NCBI GenBank assembly: GCA_002256025.1
Contig: NKIB01012688.1
Span: forward strand, 1 to 64,000
Length of the DNA stretch: 64,000 bases
Reading direction: 5' to 3'
Source of the DNA: Asterionella formosa
Taxonomy: Eukaryota
A program made the position numbers and the translations under genes. Numbering within the stretch: the stretch's first letter is position 1; every line of letters begins with the position of its first letter. Below are positions 60,333 to 64,000 of the stretch, piece after piece. The notes under the pieces were generated by a model. It searched no databases and was not told the DNA's origin. It saw only the letters and a list, made by a program, of their open reading frames with translations.

Positions 60333-61625
60333 TTAATTTGGCATAGTGCTATGTACTTTTGATTTGCCTTTGTGAACTCTTGCCATGCGAAAATGTTTCA
60401 TACTAGGGAGATAGCATTCAACCAAAGGACTCAAATTAACGTAACGACTTCTTTTATACACAATCATTTCTTCCAACAGCATAGATGACGATCGTTGCCT
60501 ATGTCCAATAAAAGCATGTACTGCGCTTGAGGCCAATGCTAGATCCTGAAAGAAGCCAGCTCCAGAGTACGGCCCATGGTCAACTCGGAAGGATATCCCA
60601 TCATCGTGATTTGCAAACATTGGAGTGCAATTGAGACTAGTCACGAAATCATTAAGAAGCTCCAGAGTCCTTTGGCGATCTGAGAGGAGAATAACTGCGC
60701 ACGGTCGCGAGAAATTTGCTAAAACTTGCTGTAGGCATTTCTGCTCTCTTGTAATGTTTTCGCCCTTATCTAGTTGCGACGTATGCCTTGAGTGAAGTGC
60801 TATAGTAGCTGTTGATTTCATGGCTTCCAAGGTTTGCAGACTGGGCTGAATCGAGTCATGAAATTGGAAAGCTTCATCAAGAAGCATCCCATAAAGGTAT
60901 CTGTGTCCCTTTGAAAATAAACGTTCTGCGAGAGTTCTGGCCTGGGCAGTTTGCAACAATTGCTCCCGACCATGCATGCTCGCAATCACGTCGGCATCGC
61001 GCCCAAGTAGCTGCCCGGTATCAATGACCTTGTCTGTTATGATATCTATGCTCAAACCGTTGTTTTTGTCGGTTTCGTTCTGGTGCAACTTTAATCTCCC
61101 TTTCAAGTGAATCTTGGTCTTCGCGTATGGCACCAACGTTGCCTGACCCAGATTCAGCTTGTGTGCCCAGCTATCGTAGGATGGGATCCAACTACTTCTT
61201 ATCAGTACACGTGCACAATCCTGTTCCTTGTTCGCAGATGCACAAATGGCTAAATCATGGTTGCTCCCCTGTGCCAAACAGGTAGCCGTATCATAGTACT
61301 TCCATAGTAAGGTCCGATTCGTTACCAAAGCCCATACAAATGCGTTTGTAAAGTGATGCAAGCGATTCCCTGCCTGAAGTGGACACGAGTAGTAGCCGAC
61401 GAGAAAAGTTCGGTCGTTGCATCCTCCGGATAGGCATGCGACTCGAAGCGCTTCTTCTGAGTGCTGCGATTTGTACGTGGTTAGAATGTGAACTGGAGTG
61501 TCGGGAAGGATGATATATTCTTCGCGAGAATGACGTTCCGACGGACGTTGTTGCCATATACCAAGCAAAGCTAGTAGTCCAAGCAATGATACAGCTGCAA
61601 CACGAGACGACGGTTGAAGCAACAT
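60333..61625 (-). CDS. Type II membrane glycosyltransferase, fucosyltransferase-like (GT11/GT23/GT37 fold)
   Basis: N-terminal TM VAAVSLLGLLALLGIW; AGNRL...ALVTNRTLL, IALHSR, LLSDR, DLALAS...FIG...SSS motifs. Confidence 0.7.
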   Translation of the reverse strand: MLLQPSSRVAAVSLLGLLALLGIWQQRPSERHSREEYIILPDTPVHILTTYKSQHSEEALRVACLSGGCNDRTFLVGYYSCPLQAGNRLHHFTNAFVWALVTNRTLLWKYYDTATCLAQGSNHDLAICASANKEQDCARVLIRSSWIPSYDSWAHKLNLGQATLVPYAKTKIHLKGRLKLHQNETDKNNGLSIDIITDKVIDTGQLLGRDADVIASMHGREQLLQTAQARTLAERLFSKGHRYLYGMLLDEAFQFHDSIQPSLQTLEAMKSTATIALHSRHTSQLDKGENITREQKCLQQVLANFSRPCAVILLSDRQRTLELLNDFVTSLNCTPMFANHDDGISFRVDHGPYSGAGFFQDLALASSAVHAFIGHRQRSSSMLLEEMIVYKRSRYVNLSPLVECYLPSMKHFRMARVHKGKSKVHSTMPN

Positions 61626-62231
61626 TTACGGGATATTCTGGACTAGACTACCTGGGAACTGGGACCATCCATTGATCATGATTAAGTATAGTACCGGTAA
61701 ATAATAATTTTGAATTGAATTGTGGTCCTCATCATTTGGGTCCATCATACCGGTATCTTGTTTTGATTTCTTTATTACGCACGGCCGGCCGAGCAAACCT
61801 CGCTCACGCACGACAAATGTAGCAATCTTGCTCACAGTACATATTACAAATGTGATATTTATTTTTATAAACAGGATACCGTAGCATTGTCCACTGTAGC
61901 ATATACTGTCCCGGCAGGTGAAGTCGACAGTGCAGGTACTAGGTACCAGGTAGTCTACCGTTATGTACCGATGTGGTCTTCCAGACCGTACATACATAGG
62001 ATTCATACCTATACCAGTAGTAGTATGTACGAACGCTCTGCTTGCTATAAAAATAGTCTTTTGAATGTCGATTACTTTACCGACTCCATCCAAGCAATAT
62101 CTTCATCGGCCAGCAGGCAGAGTTGTTGACCAGGAACACGATATCTATAATTCAAAAAAGACCCTAGTCGTTTGTAAAGGAAGCAGTAACAGCAACAGCG
62201 TTAGCATCAGGATCAGTTCATTCCAATAATA

Positions 62232-64000
62232 ATGAGACAACGCCGAGGATCCGAGGATTCCGATTCTTCGAGATCTCTGTCACCATCATTTCATGAACAA
62301 AAAGAACACAGAATCAAAGAACCCTTTTTTGTTATTTCGTTGCAAGTGGGAGCCAGTCTATTGGTGCTATGTGTGCTTGGATATATATTTATTCTATTAA
62401 AACCCAGGCATGACATGCAACATAATTTTCGAGAAGTTAGACTGAAACCAATTCTTCCAATGCCAGTCGAACAAGATGGTGATCTTGACGAGTTGCCACA
62501 GCTGGAACTATTCACCAAGCCGCAAGCGTGTAAAATAAATGCCTTTGACATTGCAAAGGAGTATCTCGTACCGCTCGAAGAAAAAGTGCATAATAATTCT
62601 ACCAACGACGTTAAAACATTGCATCTACTTGCGCGAAAGGCGAGTGAAACTAGATCAGCATTTGCAGTAAAGTATGGGGGAGAGACGGCGGCTAAATATT
62701 TAATACAGGAGTGTATCAAGGTGCTGACTGTTGATTCTGGAGGTAAATTAGATCCATCCTTTCCATGGGTTCGGGTATTTCAACGTGCTCGGGAGCAAAG
62801 GAAAATGACCATCGCCTTTATTGGTCAGAGTACCACGGCTGGATACGGCAACCACCACAAGCAGTCGTTTCCCTTTGTATTGGAGAACCTTCTGCAACCT
62901 CTTCTCAAAATACTTGATATTGAACTTATTGTTAGAAATCATGCCATGGAACACATTGGACCCTTTCCGTACACCTGGTGTCTAAATGAGTACATTGGAA
63001 CCGATGTGGATATCATCAGTTGGGACTTTGGACCGACAACACCACAGGATTTGGAGATTTGGATTCGAGCCATTCTGGCCTTAGACTACAAACCAATGTT
63101 GATTTTTCGAGACTCCTTTGCTGCTGGGGGGAGGCACAAGATAGTGCAACAATATGTCGATGCCAATTTACTTCAGGCCCCAACTATTTTCGATTGGGAG
63201 GTTGCGGTAAAGCCTTTTTTGCAAGTCAAGGCCATCAAGCGACCAGCCGGATTTATAGACTGGAACATATTTGGAGTGCCACCGGGTGTACAGGCGCTAC
63301 CAGGACAAAACAATAAAGAGAATTGGACGATAAGGCAGCATGCATTGGTGGGTGATGTGTTGTGCATATGGTTACTTGGATATGTGGAGTTGATGGTGGC
63401 TGCTCAGCTCGGAACTTACGACATTCCAAAACCAGGGGAGATTGCAGCTCTTCATACTCCACTATTTGCCACCGCATCTCAACTGAAGAAACCGTATTCG
63501 AACCTACTCTACTTTACATCCCCTTCGCAACTATCTTGTTACACCACATTTGACCCTGTTTTGTCCGGCAATATGAATTTCATTGCTAGTGGAACTGTCG
63601 AGGCTCCGTTGCTTGATCCCAAGGGTGCCACCTTTTACAATAGTGGATGGGTCTTGGACTTGGAACCCGATGAAAGGAAAGAGAAGCTCCTAACAAAGGA
63701 GTGGGACTATCTTGGCATGAAAGACACACAGAAAAGCTTTTATGGTGTGCAATCAAGTGGTACTTTAGCGATGAGGTTAGAAATGTCAAATGGGCCTTTG
63801 GAGCTTTTGGTCCTGTGCGAATCTCATTCTCCGCCTAAAAAAGACGCTTGTGTGCTTGGCCATGACATTGACGTTGAGATTAGTGGAGAGAAGGCTCCTG
63901 GGTTGACTAGAATCGACTCTGATGCCGTGGCATTCAATGGAAAACGATTGTGTTATCTTGTGGATCTTCCCGAGGGTATCAAGTCCAAAATCGGTGATGT
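62232..64000 (+). CDS. Type II membrane SGNH/GDSL-like protein, 3'-incomplete (absent from ORF track)
   Basis: Manual translation is open from ATG 62232 (MRQRRGSED) to the window end; TM VGASLLVLCVLGYIFILL; block-I-like AFIGQSTTAGYGN, VRNHAM, DVDIISWDFG. Confidence 0.8.
   Translation, partial: MRQRRGSEDSDSSRSLSPSFHEQKEHRIKEPFFVISLQVGASLLVLCVLGYIFILLKPRHDMQHNFREVRLKPILPMPVEQDGDLDELPQLELFTKPQACKINAFDIAKEYLVPLEEKVHNNSTNDVKTLHLLARKASETRSAFAVKYGGETAAKYLIQECIKVLTVDSGGKLDPSFPWVRVFQRAREQRKMTIAFIGQSTTAGYGNHHKQSFPFVLENLLQPLLKILDIELIVRNHAMEHIGPFPYTWCLNEYIGTDVDIISWDFGPTTPQDLEIWIRAILALDYKPMLIFRDSFAAGGRHKIVQQYVDANLLQAPTIFDWEVAVKPFLQVKAIKRPAGFIDWNIFGVPPGVQALPGQNNKENWTIRQHALVGDVLCIWLLGYVELMVAAQLGTYDIPKPGEIAALHTPLFATASQLKKPYSNLLYFTSPSQLSCYTTFDPVLSGNMNFIASGTVEAPLLDPKGATFYNSGWVLDLEPDERKEKLLTKEWDYLGMKDTQKSFYGVQSSGTLAMRLEMSNGPLELLVLCESHSPPKKDACVLGHDIDVEISGEKAPGLTRIDSDAVAFNGKRLCYLVDLPEGIKSKIGD

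Overview
Eukaryotic nuclear DNA, most likely a diatom or related stramenopile (inferred from short 61-125 bp GT-AG introns, signal peptide plus F/L plastid-type presequences and the gene repertoire). About 17 protein genes are recognisable: enoyl-CoA hydratase, DNA polymerase zeta (REV3), SOUL protein, KLHDC4-like Kelch protein, F-box/RCC1 protein, GST theta, MDP-1, AspRS, an unknown ORF, TALE homeobox, ZMAT2/Snu23, histidine phosphatase, HGH1, membrane-anchored SET methyltransferase, TOP6B, a STAND ATPase, a fucosyltransferase-like protein, and an SGNH-like ORF that runs off the window and is missing from the ORF track. Intergenic DNA is rich in DNA-transposon relics: nested TTAA/GG-ended (Kolobok-like) elements, a TA-flanked MITE, a mariner pseudogene and two Harbinger relics each lying convergent with a DUF6818-like relic. 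No CRISPR array, rRNA or prokaryotic system is visible. The best leads are a cytosolic-type AspRS with an organellar presequence, a putative lumenal SET methyltransferase, the Harbinger + DUF6818-like pairing, the nested hairpin-carrying TTAA family and a GGTACC-rich motif recurring upstream of many genes. All family calls are by eye from motifs; no database search was run.
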